Source: the human T2T-CHM13v2.0 reference genome, Homo sapiens. Taken from it: DNA of 64,000 nt. The stretch is taken from the NCBI RefSeq assembly GCF_009914755.1, contig NC_060927.1; one strand, given 5' to 3'. The position numbers and the translations under genes are program-made. The notes beneath the pieces are model-generated. The model was not told the DNA's origin. It ran no database searches and saw only the letters and a list, made by a program, of their open reading frames with translations. Shown piece by piece: positions 1 through 13,073 of this stretch (position 1 is the stretch's first letter; each line of letters begins with the position of its first letter).

Positions 1-640
1 AATGTTGTTGACCAATAACATAAATATGACTCAAATTCATATCTTGTTTTTATTACATCAATGTTTAAATGTCCATATAAAACTTTAAAAATTAACATAA
101 TGTAGATAATTAAGGTTGGAAAGTGCATCTTCCAAAGCACATTATACTTTCCAAGTAAACCCTTAGACATGTAAATTCTAATTAAAATGAGAAAAAACTG
201 TTTCTTCAAGGCTTTGAAATTTTTAATTAATCTTTGTATTTAAAAACTATTAATAATCACTTTATGCAATTATTTTTAACAGTATTTTCAAATTAGGCAA
301 TTAAAATAATTTAATGAACCAATTTAAATTATGTTTAGCATAAGTGGTCTAAAGTAATGTCTAAAACAATGTTATTATGCATAGTGATAAATTAATAATC
401 ATAAATATTTCTAAAATCTGTTATGTGTGGGAAATTATAAACAGACCTGGAGCAAAGGCTGTGGGATATAGAGGGATGATAAAGCTAGATAGATGGGGCA
501 GTTGATTGATGAAGATCTATGCATGCAATGAATTCCTAAGATGTTTCAGCAGCTTGTGTTCATTGATGGCCTCTTATATGTTAGAAATTTTACTAATGTA
601 AATATGCAAGAGATGTAGGCTTAAATATTAAGAAAGGGAA

Positions 641-993
641 TATCTTGGTCCACAGGCTGCTACAACAAACTACTATAAGCTGAGTATCTTATAAATAACA
701 AAATTTACTTATCATAGTTTTGGAGGCTGAGAAATCCAAAAATAAGGCAAATTTGGTATCAAGTTTTGGTACCTGTTTTCTTGTTCATAGGTAGTACCTT
801 CTCACTGTGTCTCATATGATGCAAGGAGCTAGCTAGCTCTCTGCAGTCTCTTTTATAAGAGCTCTAATCCCAATCATGAGGACTTTGCCCTCATGACAGG
901 ACCTCCCAAAAGCCCCTACTTTCTAATAACATCACTTTAGTGGTTAGGATTGTAACATATTAATTTGGGGAGCCTTAATATTTATACCACAGC
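641..993 (-). mobile_element. MLT1A-like MaLR solo LTR
   Basis: Reverse-orientation MaLR motifs: 'gctgctacaacaaactactataagctg...ttttggaggctgagaaatccaa' and 'tctcttttataagagctctaatcccaatcatgagg...cctcccaaaagcccctac'. Confidence 0.75.
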
Positions 994-1539
994 ATGAAAT
1001 GACTTAATTAGTTTTAAAATATTTATCTAGAAACCATTTTAAGAATTATTTAAAAGTAATTGTGGAATAGAGAAAGATTGACATTAGATAAAAGTAATTA
1101 GCCTATTATAATATTTTTATTTAAAGGATAAATTAGTCAGTAGCTGATAGAATTGTATAAGTGCCTTAGGTTTAAAAAGCATTCCAGAAATAGAATGGAT
1201 AGTGCTGGTTGACTGATTTCAGATGGGCAAAATGATTAGACTAAGATTGATTTCTTAGTGCTAACAGCAAGAATTATGACACAATAACATATTTTTTCAA
1301 CCTACCAAAAAGAAGTTGACAAGCTTCCAATACATAAAAGGAGTAGACTGTTGATGAGCTGTGATAGATTTGAAGTTTTCTATTTTTTATCAATAAAATT
1401 CTATTTTTCAAGTAAAACCTAGTGGGTAAAATAGATAAAACAGTATTTTATTAAAATAATTTTCTTATATGCATTCAAATTTGCTTAAAAAACAAGAATT
1501 TACATTTTTTATTAAGAAACCTGTCAAATACTAAAATGA

Positions 1540-3284
1540 AAATTCATTAGCTATAATTGAGAGATGACCAGATACAATAAAGCAAAGTATCAGCAAACTT
1601 AAATGTTGGCCAATAGTATTTTCTCAAGTCAAAATTAAAAAAAAACAAAAAATAAATAATAAAAAAAGCAGATCCTAGATTACCTCTGGGATTGTATTAA
1701 GCTTCCTGATATATGTATAACTGGAGTCCTAGAAGAAAATGAAAATAAGAAAAGGGCAGTCAAAATACAAACAATACAGTAGTCAAAGTTTTTCATACTG
1801 TAAATAGATAGATAATATTCGCAGATTTTGGAAACTCACCAGAATACAAGCAAGATAAATAGAGAGGAAACCATTCCTAAGAGAAGAGAAAAACCAAACT
1901 GCTAAACCATAAAGCTATGGAGACAATGTTAAAATTAGCCAGAGAAAAAAGATACATAATACACAGGAAAACAGCTATAGAGGGTAGAACTGAAGATAGT
2001 AGGACATCTTTAGTGTTCAAAAAATAAGAAATAAAAACACAGAATTTTTATCTTTAAAAAGTGTTTTGTTCAAAAGTAAAGAAACTTCCTGATAAATAAA
2101 AACAATGAACATGTGCTGCTCAAGAAAAATACTAGAAAATATGTGATAGATATTCAAATATAAAGAAAAAAAGTTATAACATGCAAACACCACACCTAAG
2201 AAAGCTGATGTAGCTATGCTAATATGAGGAAGGCAGACCTTAAGGTGAGTTGTATTGCCAGAGTTAAAAATGGGTAATTTCATAATGATAAAAAATGCAA
2301 TTCATCATGAAGAAATCAATTCTAAATTTTTATACACCTAATAATAGAAGCTTAGAATACAAAAAACCAAAAGGAACAAAAATAAAAGGGAGAAATAGAC
2401 AAATATATAATTATAGTTAAAAATGTTAACACTCCACGTCAGTAATTTATAAAATGAGTGTCCTCAATTCAGTAAATGTTTAAAAGACTTGAAAATCACT
2501 ATGAACCAACTTAATTAATATTTATTAAACATTTCACCCAACAACTACAGAATAAACATTTTTTTCAAGTTCATAGGGAGTGTTCACAAAGCCAAGCTCC
2601 ATGCTGGGGCGTAAAATAAGTCACAATAAATGTCATGTGATTAAATCATATAGAGCACGTTTTCCAACCACAAAAATATTTAATTACAAATATAAAGAAA
2701 TGCATGTAAATAAATTCCAAATGCTTAAAATTGTTATAAAAGTAATAATACACTTAAAAAATAGTACTTATGAGTCAAGAAAGACATCACAAAGGAAATT
2801 TTTAATATTGTTTAAATAAAATAATAAAAATGCAATATAACATAATTTGTTATATTTCATATATATTATATATTATAAATATACATATATTAAATATACA
2901 TATATATTAAAAATATGTAGCTGTTATAGAAATTAAATTTATAATTTAAAATACCCTTACACAGATAATTTCAGGCCCAGTTTTCCCCAATGAAAAATGA
3001 TATCAAACAAACAAATAAGGAACAAAGGAATATTCCTCATTTGATTTTTTTGAAGCCATTATAATTCTGATTCCAAAATCTGAAACAATATTACAAGAAA
3101 ATTACAAACTGATATAATTCATAAACTTAGGTGCAAAAAAATAGAAAACCCCAAAATGTTAGCATGTCAAATATGACAATATATTTACAACACTAAAAGT
3201 TTAAGACACTAAGTAGCAGCAAGTTTTTTTCCAGGAATGAAAACTTGGTTTAACATTCAAAAATCAATTTAATCGGACATCAAG
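1540..3284 (+). mobile_element. Old L1M (L1MD/ME-type) fragment: ORF1 remnant and ORF2 endonuclease/5' RT region, decayed
   Basis: A-rich strand with L1 motifs 'tatatgtataactggagtcctagaag', 'aagaaagctgatgtagctatgctaata', 'cacccaacaactacagaataaacatttttttcaag', 'ccaggaatgaaaacttggtttaacattcaaaaatcaatt'; no open frame. Confidence 0.75.
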
Positions 3285-3566
3285 TAATACAGGTTGGATG
3301 TCCCCTCCAAATCTCATTTTGAGATGTAATCCCCAGTGTTGGAAGTGGGGCCTGGTGGAAGATGTTTGGATAACAGGGATAGATTCTTCACTTCTCACAA
3401 TAGTGAGATAGTGAGTTCTTGCAAGATCTGGTTGTTTAAGAATGTGTTGCACCTCCTCCCACCATTGCTCCTGCTCTTGCCATGTGAAATACCTGCTTCT
3501 GTTTCACCTTCTGTCATGAGTAAAAGCTCCCTGAGTCCTGCCCAGAAGCCAAGTAGATGCCAGTGC

Positions 3567-4654
3567 TGAGAGGTGATGGCGTGCTGGCAGTCCTCACAGC
3601 CCTCCCTCGCTCTCGGCGCCTCCTCTGCCTGGGCTCCCACTTTGGCGGCACTTGAAGAGCCCTTCAGCCCGCCGCTGCACTGTGGGAGCCCCTTTCTGGG
3701 CTGGCCAAGGCCGGAGCCGGCTCCCTCAGCTTGTAGGGAGGTGTGGAAGGAGAGGCGCGAGCGGGAACCGGGGCTGCGCGGGGCGCTTGAGGGCCAGCTG
3801 GAGTTCCGGGTGGGCGTGGGCTTGGCGGGCCCCGCACTCGTAGCGGCCGGCCGGCTCTGCCGGCCCCGGGCAATGAGGGGCTTAGCACCCGGGCCAGCGG
3901 CTGCGGAGGGTGTACTGGGTCCCGCAGCAGTGCCGGTCCACCGGCGCTGCGCTGGATTTCTCACTGGGCCTTAGCTGCCTTCCCGCGGGGCAGGGCTCAG
4001 GACTTGCAGCCTGCCATGCCTGAGCTTCCCACCCCCTCCACGGGCTCCTGTGTGCCCGAGCCTCCCCGATGAGCGCCGCCCACTGCTCCACAGCGCCCAG
4101 TCCCATCGACCACCCAAGGGCTGAGGAGTGCGGGTGCACAGTGCGGGACTGGCAGGCAGCTCCACCTGCAGCCCCGGTGCGGGATCCACTGGGTGAAGCC
4201 AGCTGGGCTCCCGAGTCTGGTGGGGACTTGGAGAACCTTTGTGTCTAGCTCAGGGATTGTAAACGCACCAATCAGCGCCCTGTCAAAACAGACCACTCGG
4301 CTCTACCAATCAGCAGGATGTGGGTGAGGCCAGATAAGAGAATAAAAGCAGGCTGTCGGAGCCAGCAGTGGCAACTCGCTGGGGTCGCCTTCCACGCTGT
4401 GGAAGCTTTGTTCTTTCGCCCTTTGCAATAAATCTTGCTACTGCTCACTCTTTGGGTCCACACTGCTTTTATGAGCTGTAACACTCACCACGAAGGTCTG
4501 CAGCTTCACTCCTGAAGCCAGCAAGACCGCGAACCCACCAGGAGGAAGGAACAACTCCAGACGCGCCACCTTAAGAGCTATAACACTCACCGCGAAGGTC
4601 CGCGGCTTCATTCTTGAAGTCAGTGAGACCAAGAACCCACCAATTCCGGACACA
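3567..4654 (+). mobile_element. LTR12C (ERV9) solo LTR, 1088 bp
   Basis: Canonical start 'tgagaggtga...gtgctggcagtcctcacagccctc' and end 'aagaacccaccaattccggacaca'; CpG-rich; 4-bp TSD gtgc (3563-3566) / ctgc (4655-4658). Confidence 0.95.
4268..4347 (+). promoter_or_regulatory. LTR12C core promoter: CCAAT boxes, GATA site and TATA-like AATAAAA
   Basis: CCAAT at 4268-4272 and 4306-4310, AGATAAG near 4332, AATAAAA at 4341-4347, matching the known ERV9 U3 promoter layout (NF-Y/GATA). Activity is not shown by the sequence. Confidence 0.55.
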
Positions 4655-4754
4655 CTGCCATGTCTATAGCATCATGAACCAGTTAAACCTCTTTTCTTTA
4701 TAAGTTACCCACTCTCAGGTATTCCCTTACAGCAATGCAAGAACGGCTAATACA

Positions 4755-6100
4755 GAAAATTGGTACCAGGAGGGGAGCATTACTATAAAAAGGCCTGAAA
4801 TAGTGGAAGCAGCTTTGCAACTGGATAACCAGCAAAGGTTGGAAGAGTTTGGAGGGCTCAGAAAAAGACATAAAAATGAGAGGAAGTTTGGCCCTTCTTA
4901 AAGAATGGTTAAGTGGTTGTGAACAAAACGCTGATAGTAGTAGATAAAGTGAAGTCCACCCTGATGAAATCTCAGAGGGAAATGAGAAAGTTATTGAGAA
5001 CTAGAGCAGAAGTCACCCATGTTATGCTTTAAAAAAGAGCTTCCGTGCATTGTGTTCATGTCCTGGAGATCTGAGAAAGTTTAAACTTAAAAGTGATGAC
5101 CTAGAGTATATGGCAGAAAAGTTTTCTAAGCATCAGAGCATTCAAGATGTGGCCTGGCTGCTTCTTAGAGCCTGCACTCAGATACAAGAGCAAAAAAAAG
5201 ATGACTTATAGTTGGAATTTATATTTGAAAGGGAAGCAGAGTGTAAAAGTTTGGAAAATGTGCAGCTTGGCCATGTGGCAGAGAAAGAAAAAGCATTATC
5301 AGAAGAGGAATTCAAGCAGGCTGTGGAGCAACCACTTATTAGTGAGACTGGCATGATTAAAAAGAGCCAGGTACTGATAGCCCAAACAATGGGAAAAAGG
5401 CCTTGAAGGCATTTCAGAGATCTTTGTGGCAGCCCCTCCCATCGCAGGCTTTAAGGCTGAAAAGGAAAGAATGGTTTCCTGGACCAGGCATAGGACCTCT
5501 CTGCTCTGCCCAGCATCAAGACACTCCTCCTTGTGTCCTGGCCACTCCAGCTCTAGGCACAGCTCAAAGGGCTCTAGGTTTAGCTCGGGCCACAACTGCA
5601 GAGGCTGCAGTCTGTAAGCCTTGACAACTTCTACATGGTGTTAAGCCTGTAGGGGCAGAGTTCAAGTGTGAAAGAGGCTTGGCAGCCTCTGCCTAGATTT
5701 CAGAGGATGTATCAGAAAGTCTGGGTTCCCAGATAGAAGTTTTCTTCAAGGACAGAGCCCTCACAGAAAACCTCTACAAGGGCAGTACAGAGGGTAAGAA
5801 CGGGTTTGGGGGTCCCACAGAGAACCCTTACTGCAGCACTGCCCAGTAGAAATCTGGGAATTGAGCCACTGTTCTCCAGACCACAGAATGGTAGATTCAC
5901 AGGCAGCTTGTACACTGCACCTGGAAAAGATGCAGGTGCTCGACACCAATCCGTGAAAGCAGCCATAGGGTCTGTACCCTGCAAAGACACACTGACAGAG
6001 CTTCCCAAGGTCTTTGGAGCCCACCCCTTGCAGCAGTGTGCCTTGGATGTGGGATATGGAATCAAAGGAGGTTATTCTGGAGCTTTAAGATTTAATGACT
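4755..6100 (+). mobile_element. MST internal sequence, 3'-truncated (no 3' LTR)
   Basis: Starts 'gaaaattggtacc' directly after the LTR; typical MaLR-int motifs; stops abruptly at 'tttaatgactg'. Confidence 0.85.
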
Positions 6101-6348
6101 GTCAGATGAGTAGATTGCAAAAATAGGTGGGAATGGAACAATGAGAACACATGGACACAGGAAGGGGAACATCACACACTGGGGCCTGTTGTGTGGTGGA
6201 GGGAGGGGGGAGGGATAGCATTAGGAGATATACCTAATGTTAAATGACGAGTTAATGGGTGCAGCACACCAACATGGCACATGTATACATATGTAACACA
6301 CCTGCACATTGTGCACATGTACCCTAAAACTTAAATTATAATAAAAAT
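6100..6348 (+). mobile_element. Short L1PA (young primate) 3' end with a ~25-bp inverted 5' segment
   Basis: 6125-6348 is the L1PA 3' UTR ('aggtgggaatggaacaatgagaacacatggacacagg...gtaccctaaaacttaaattataataaaaa'); 6100-6124 'tgtcagatgagtagattgcaaaaat' is antisense L1 ORF2. Confidence 0.85.
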
Positions 6349-6496
6349 TAATTTTTCAAATTTATCTATAAATTCAAGGCCACCACAGTTGAAATCACAA
6401 TTTTTTTTTGTTGTTGTTTTGTTTTCATTTGGCTTTTTAGAGGCATTTTCAATTCTATTCTAAGAATTCTATGAAAACAAAAATTTCTAAAACATC

Positions 6497-8822
6497 TGCT
6501 CTAAAAAAGGTGGAGCAAAACTTCCTAACCCTTAAGTGGCGTGGGTTACACATAGTGACATTCATTCAAAGTGTACTCCCTGAAATTAAAACTCTCAAAA
6601 TCTGGGTACAGGAGAAACATAATATAATAAAAGCCATATATGGAAAACTCAAAGCTAGTATCATACTAAATGGGGGAAAATTAAAAGCCTTTCCCCTAAA
6701 ATCTGGAACATAATAAGGATGCCCACTGTCACTTCTGTTATTCAGCATAGTACTGGAAGTCCTACTTGAATAATCAGACAACAGAAAAATACAAAGAGCA
6801 TCCAAATTAAAAAATAAGAAGTCAAATTGTCCATATTTGCCGATGACATAATCTTATATTTGGAAAAAAAACTAAAGATTCCACAAGAAAACTTTTAGAT
6901 CTGCTAAGCAAATTCAGTAAAGTTGAAGAATACAATATCAGCATACAAAAATCAGTAGCATTTCTGTATGCCAACAGCCAACAAACTGAAAAAGAAATAA
7001 AAATTAAGCTTATTAACAGTAGCCCAAATAAAATTAGTAACAAGGAATTAACTAAAGAAGTGAAAGATATCTGAATAAAAACTGCAAAACAATGATGAAA
7101 TAAATTGAAGAAGACACAAAAATGGAAAAATATTCCATGTTTATGGATTGAAAGAAGGAATATTGTTAAGATGTCCATATTATCCAGTGCAATCTACAGA
7201 TTCAATGTAATCCCTATCAAAATACCAATGACATTCTTTATGGAAATAGAAAAAAATCTAAAATTTATATGGAACCACAAAAAAAAAAAACTCAGAATAG
7301 ACAAAGATACTCTAAGCAAAAAGAACAAAATTGTAAGAACCACTGTACCTGATGTCAAATTATACTACAGAGCTATAGTAACCAAAACAGCATGTTACTG
7401 GCATAGAAGCAGACACATAGACCACTGGAACAGAATAGATAACCAGAAAACAAGTCCACAAACCTACAGTGAACTCATTTTCAACAAGGTGCCAAGAATA
7501 TTCACTGGAGAAAGAACAATCTCTTCAATAAATGGTGCTAGGAATACTGGATATTCATAACCAGAAGACCCATATGTTTCACCATATACTAGACCCATAT
7601 GTTTCACCATATACAAAAATCAAATCAAAATGGATTACAGACTTTAATCTAAGACAACAACTGGATGAAACTGGAGTTAATTATATTAAGTAAAACAAGC
7701 CAGGCACAAAAACACAAGCATCACATGTTCTCACTTATTTGTGGGATCTAAAAATCAAAACAGTTGATCCTATAGAGATAGAAAATAGAACAATGATTAC
7801 CAGAGGCTGGGAAGGGGAAAGAAGGGAGGGTGGGGGTGGTGTGGAGATGGATAATAGGTACAAAAAATGGAATAAATGAATGAATAAGGCCTAGTATTTG
7901 ATTGCACAGGAGGGTGACTATAGTCATTAATTATTTAATTGTACATTTTAAAATAACTAAAAGTATAACTGGATTGTTTGTAACACAAAACATAAATGCT
8001 TGATGGGATAGATACCCCGTTCTCCATGATGTGCTTATTTCGCATTACAAGCCTGTATCAAAATGTCTTATGCACCCCATAAATATAGAAAGCTACTATG
8101 TACCCACAAAAGTTAAATATTTAAAAAAACAAAGAACACTGTATTGAAAGATAGAAAAAAATGGGTAAATTTAAAGTGGAAAAACCTGATAATTATTACC
8201 TCATCCAGTTAATCAAGGTTAGCATTAATTATGATGTCATGCAGATAGCATGGGTTTTTGATAAAATGTGATGAGAATGGCACTTCACCTTTCTGTCCTT
8301 CATATATATAAAATATATGTTTTTTAGGATTCTGACAAGTGTGTACATATTTTATATGATTACATCTTCAAAATCTACATCCCAAATAAAGAACATTAAA
8401 TATATATGTGTATATTCTAAGAATGAGAAAACATCCTATACACTCAGTTGAGAGACATTTTATAAACTAGTTGGCCAGCAGTCTAAAAACTGAAAATTTT
8501 CCAAAACATGAGAAGTCAAGAAAACTATCACAGTCTACAAGAGGCTAAAGGGACATAACAAATAGATGTTATGTAACATCATGAACATTATCCTGAAACA
8601 TGACAAAGCAATTAGATACATCTAAGGAAATTTGAATAAAGTATGAACCGTAGTTAAAAATGTAGGTATCAATGTTAGTACATTAGTTGTGATAAATGTA
8701 CTGCACTTATGTACCATGTAAACAAAAAATTGGGGAGTGAGTATATGGGAACTCTCTATTCCTCTGTGCAACTTTCCTGTAAATCTAAAACTATTGTAAA
8801 ATTAAAATGTTTCTTTTTAAAA
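6497..8822 (+). mobile_element. L1MC1-3-type 3' UTR, interrupted by L1MA
   Basis: 'ggtggagcaaaacttcctaacccttaagtgg...catagtgacattc' resumes at ~8140 'gtggaaaaacctgataattattacctcatccag' and ends 'ctgtaaatctaaaactattgtaaaattaaaatg'. Confidence 0.7.
6580..8135 (+). mobile_element. L1MA2-like element (ORF2 RT remnant plus 3' UTR, internal deletion near 7655)
   Basis: ORF2 peptides 'GGKLKAFPLKSGT' and '[20 protein letters not shown]...[11 protein letters not shown]'; 3' end 'gataccccgttctccatgatgtgcttatttc...tactatgtacccacaaaagttaaa'. Confidence 0.85.
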
Positions 8823-10330
8823 AGCTTTGAATAGTCATAACAATATTCAAAGAGGAAAAGCACTATGCGTGATTTCAGGGTTTACTCTAAAGGTACATTA
8901 ATCACATTGGTGTGGTATTGGCATAAGGATAGATACATACATCAATGGAACAAATAGAGAGTACAGAAATACATCCACACAGATATAGTCAATTAATTTT
9001 TGACAATCATGCCAAAGTAATTGAATAGGTAAGATATAGTATTTTAAATTACAGTGCTGAAACAAATTGCTATCCACATATAAAATAAACATTATTTCAA
9101 TGCCTACCTGTAACATTTAGAACAATTAATTCAATATGGATTGTAGAATCAGATGTATAAACTAAAATTATAAAGCTTCTGCAAGTAAACATAAGAGAAC
9201 TTCTTTATAAACTTTGGGTGGAGACATGTTTCTTACAATTCAAAGCATATTAAACATAAAACAAAAAGTGGATAAATATGACATCTTATAATCTTTTATT
9301 TAAAACATACTCTTAAAATAGAAAGTCATCTGCCTACTGGAATTAAATACTCACAATGTTAGTCTGACAAAGAATTTATTTCTAGATTATATACTAACTC
9401 CGACAAATCAATAATAAAATGACAGACTTCAATTTAAAAACTGCACAAAATTCTGTAATATACCTGTTGTAAATGAAAATAGAGAAATGGCTACTGAGTT
9501 CATGAAATTATGCTGCACATAGCTAGTTATAAGAAAAATGCAAACTAATTAATTGGGCATAGTGGCATGTACCTGCAATCATCTCAGCTACTCAGGAGGT
9601 GAGACAGGAGGATCACTTGAGCCCAGGAGTTCGAAGCTGCAGTGAGCTCTAATTGTACAGCTGTACTCCAGCCTACGCAACAGAATGAGGCCCTGTTTCA
9701 AAAATCTCAAAAATGAAAAAAAATAGAACATGACAATGTCAAGTGCTGCTGAAGATGTAAAACAACAAAAAAATATGTTGCTTGGAACTGTCCTATAGAG
9801 TCAAATATATACCAACAATAAACCCAGAAATTCTAGTTGGAGGTATTTACCCAAGAGGAATGAAAACACACAAATATGTGTACATAAGTGATCAGAGCAA
9901 GTTTATTCAGAATGGTAAACAAAATAACAAAAATGGTTATTAAAGGGGAATAAATATTAAAAAGTTATTCTCATAAAATGGAAATCATATTTAGCAATTA
10001 AAAATAAGCAGCTACTAATACATTATTTTGAGAGAAAGAAGCAAGAAAAAAGTTGTGCATACCTTCTTCTGTTTATATAATTTCCTACTAAGCAATAGCG
10101 ATAGGAAAATAGTTGTTATCGTGGAGAATAGATGGGGTTGGCTAGACAGGAACATGAGTACTTTTTGGGACAATTGTAATAATCTTTGTCTTATTTGGGA
10201 TGCAGATTTTGAAACTGTAATTATGTAATCATATAAAATGTGTACATATTTGTCAAAATCCTAAAAAACATATACTTAAAAATGCCTGCATGTCATTGTA
10301 CATACACAACAACCAATTAAAAATACTAAA
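8823..10330 (+). mobile_element. Old L1M ORF2 3' part and 3' UTR (continuation of the host L1)
   Basis: 'tggtattggcataaggatagatacatacatcaatggaacaaatagagagtacagaaata', 'aggtatttacccaagaggaatgaaaacac'. Confidence 0.7.
9552..9723 (+). mobile_element. FRAM / AluJ right-arm monomer
   Basis: 'gggcatagtggcatgtacctg...ggaggatcacttgagcccaggagttcgaagctgcagtgagc' followed by an A-rich tail. Confidence 0.8.
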
Positions 10331-12266
10331 ATTAATTTTAAATGTTCTTCTTAATTGGCTTTTACTTACATTTATTTAATTATAGATTGTGTTGAATATT
10401 TTAACTACATATGCTAGTTTATCAGTGAATATTATGTTATTATACTTTGTGCTTATATATATTTTTATTTTTTATTTCTATGATGTCTTAATAGAGATAA
10501 TAACTTACCATTTATTTAACATTACTACACATATTTTACAACGTTATTTTAACTTTTTAATATATTAAATCTTTATATTTATTTTATTGTAATTTATTTT
10601 TTTTTTGTAAGCATAGAAAGGCTTTTTCCATTAGAGGTTGGATAAATATTATTTTCTAGTTCTTCCAGCATTTTTTAGATTAAACTTGTTAGTTCCTTTG
10701 TAATTTACTTTTTTGTCTGTTGAAATAAAGAATATCAATTATTTTTTCTGATTTCTAGTTGATTATGGCTTTTTTTCTGTTGATGTATAAAGCATCTTGA
10801 ATAAAATAAAGTATATTTCTGGGCTATTTTAATTATCTCTCTGGTGTAATAAAATACCACATATTTTAGCTTTTATAACGTATTTATATAAGAAAGAGTA
10901 ATTCTCTCATTACTCATCTTTGGTCAGAATTTACGTCTATGGTCCATTCTATTCTCTTGGAATAACTTTAAAGTCTATATACCAAGGTAAATAAATGACA
11001 TTGTAAAATTCATTAAAATTGTATTAAGTCTGTACATTAATTGAATTTCTGACATCTTACTCTATTTTTGTTCCAATTAAGGAAAATGAGAGTTTCCTCC
11101 ACTAATTTTTTCCCTTTATGTAATTTAAGAACATTTTACTTTTCCATTTATATCTCTGATTTAGACTAGTTTTATGTATTGTAATTATATTATTACATTT
11201 GAGTGAAAATATTTTCATTTTAACTTAACTAGCTTTTAATGTTACATAGGAAGTATTTGTGTCCAAATACTATAATAGTGCCTCATATGAAGAGTAATGT
11301 TGATTTCTTGATATAGAGTCACAGTTTTTATTAACTTGTTATTTTATTACATTCTAAATCAGGATACATTTTCTATGATACTTGCTTTGAAAGGATAATT
11401 AATTGAAGATTCTTCAAAGCTTAGTATATGATGTTTTGACATTAGATTCCCATATTTCATTTAATGGTTTATGATACAATTATATTTTAGGACGTGGAGT
11501 CCTAATAATTATATTTTAGAAATATAAAGAGAACTCAAAAATTTGGTTTTAGTTTAGTTTATCCCCAAGTCCTATTTATATGACTGTAGAAAGCATAGTG
11601 AACAGTTTAGAGAATGCTAAGAACTGGAAAGATATATTATAAGAACAGCAAAGCTTTTAAAGGGTTTCTAAATAGCACACAGATGGTATTATAGTAACCA
11701 AAATACTAGAACATAGTCAATGACATCTCAGAGCCCACCAGTGATAAGATGGTAGTCAAGATAGGGATCATTTTTCACTGACAGCCTTTTCCTGAGAGCC
11801 TGCCAGTACAATGATGATCAGAAGAGGAAAGAAGAGGGGAAATAACCAGTGTGACTTGTTGAAAAAAAAAAAATGGTCCTATAGCCTTCCAAATCTCTTT
11901 CCATCCAACTTTATTCCAAACCTGATGTTTTATCCTGGACTGAAAACAGAGAAATTCTCTCTAATTTTCCTGAAAATCTTTGGACTTGTAGACTGGGGGT
12001 TCAGCCCCAGACCCAAGCCTCATAATTTTGTCAGCTGGGAGGAGAGAAAACTGAGCATCTGTCTGTTGAAGTGAAAGTTGTCAGGTCATGAGATCTGCCT
12101 GGAAACAAACGTATATTAAAGGAAAAGCCCAGCAAAGGCATATGAAAACCACAAAGCCACCTATGGTAATCAAAGTCATTACTCATTATAAATAAATAGA
12201 GAAAGAAAATCAAAGAATTGGTTGGTTTTAAAAAGGAAAAAAAATGTTATTCAAAATAGAAGAATA

Positions 12267-12601
<335 letters not shown>

Positions 12602-12805
12602 TTAAAATATGATGACTTCACTTTTAAAAGTGAAGTAGAACAGTGATAAAATTGAGGAACCTAAGGAAAATAAGATAGATAAGAAAGCTAAGAGATTAAG
12701 GATTCATTCAGAATGGCGAGTATCAATCAGAAAGTACTTCTGATTGAAATTACTTTTAGAATGAAAAAATGTGGGAAATAGATGAAAGATATCAATAGGT
12801 ATTAA

Positions 12806-13073
<268 letters not shown>

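Larger units (their letters stand above)
3285..4754 (+). mobile_element. MST (MSTB-like) MaLR 5' LTR, split by LTR12C
   Basis: 'ggatgtcccctccaaatctcattttgagatgtaatccccagtgttgg' start; the LTR resumes at 4655 and ends 'gaacggctaataca'. Confidence 0.85.

Noticed and set aside
3395-4653. Cluster of overlapping ORFs suggesting a GC-rich first exon
   Set aside because: Almost entirely within LTR12C; high GC content suppresses stop codons.
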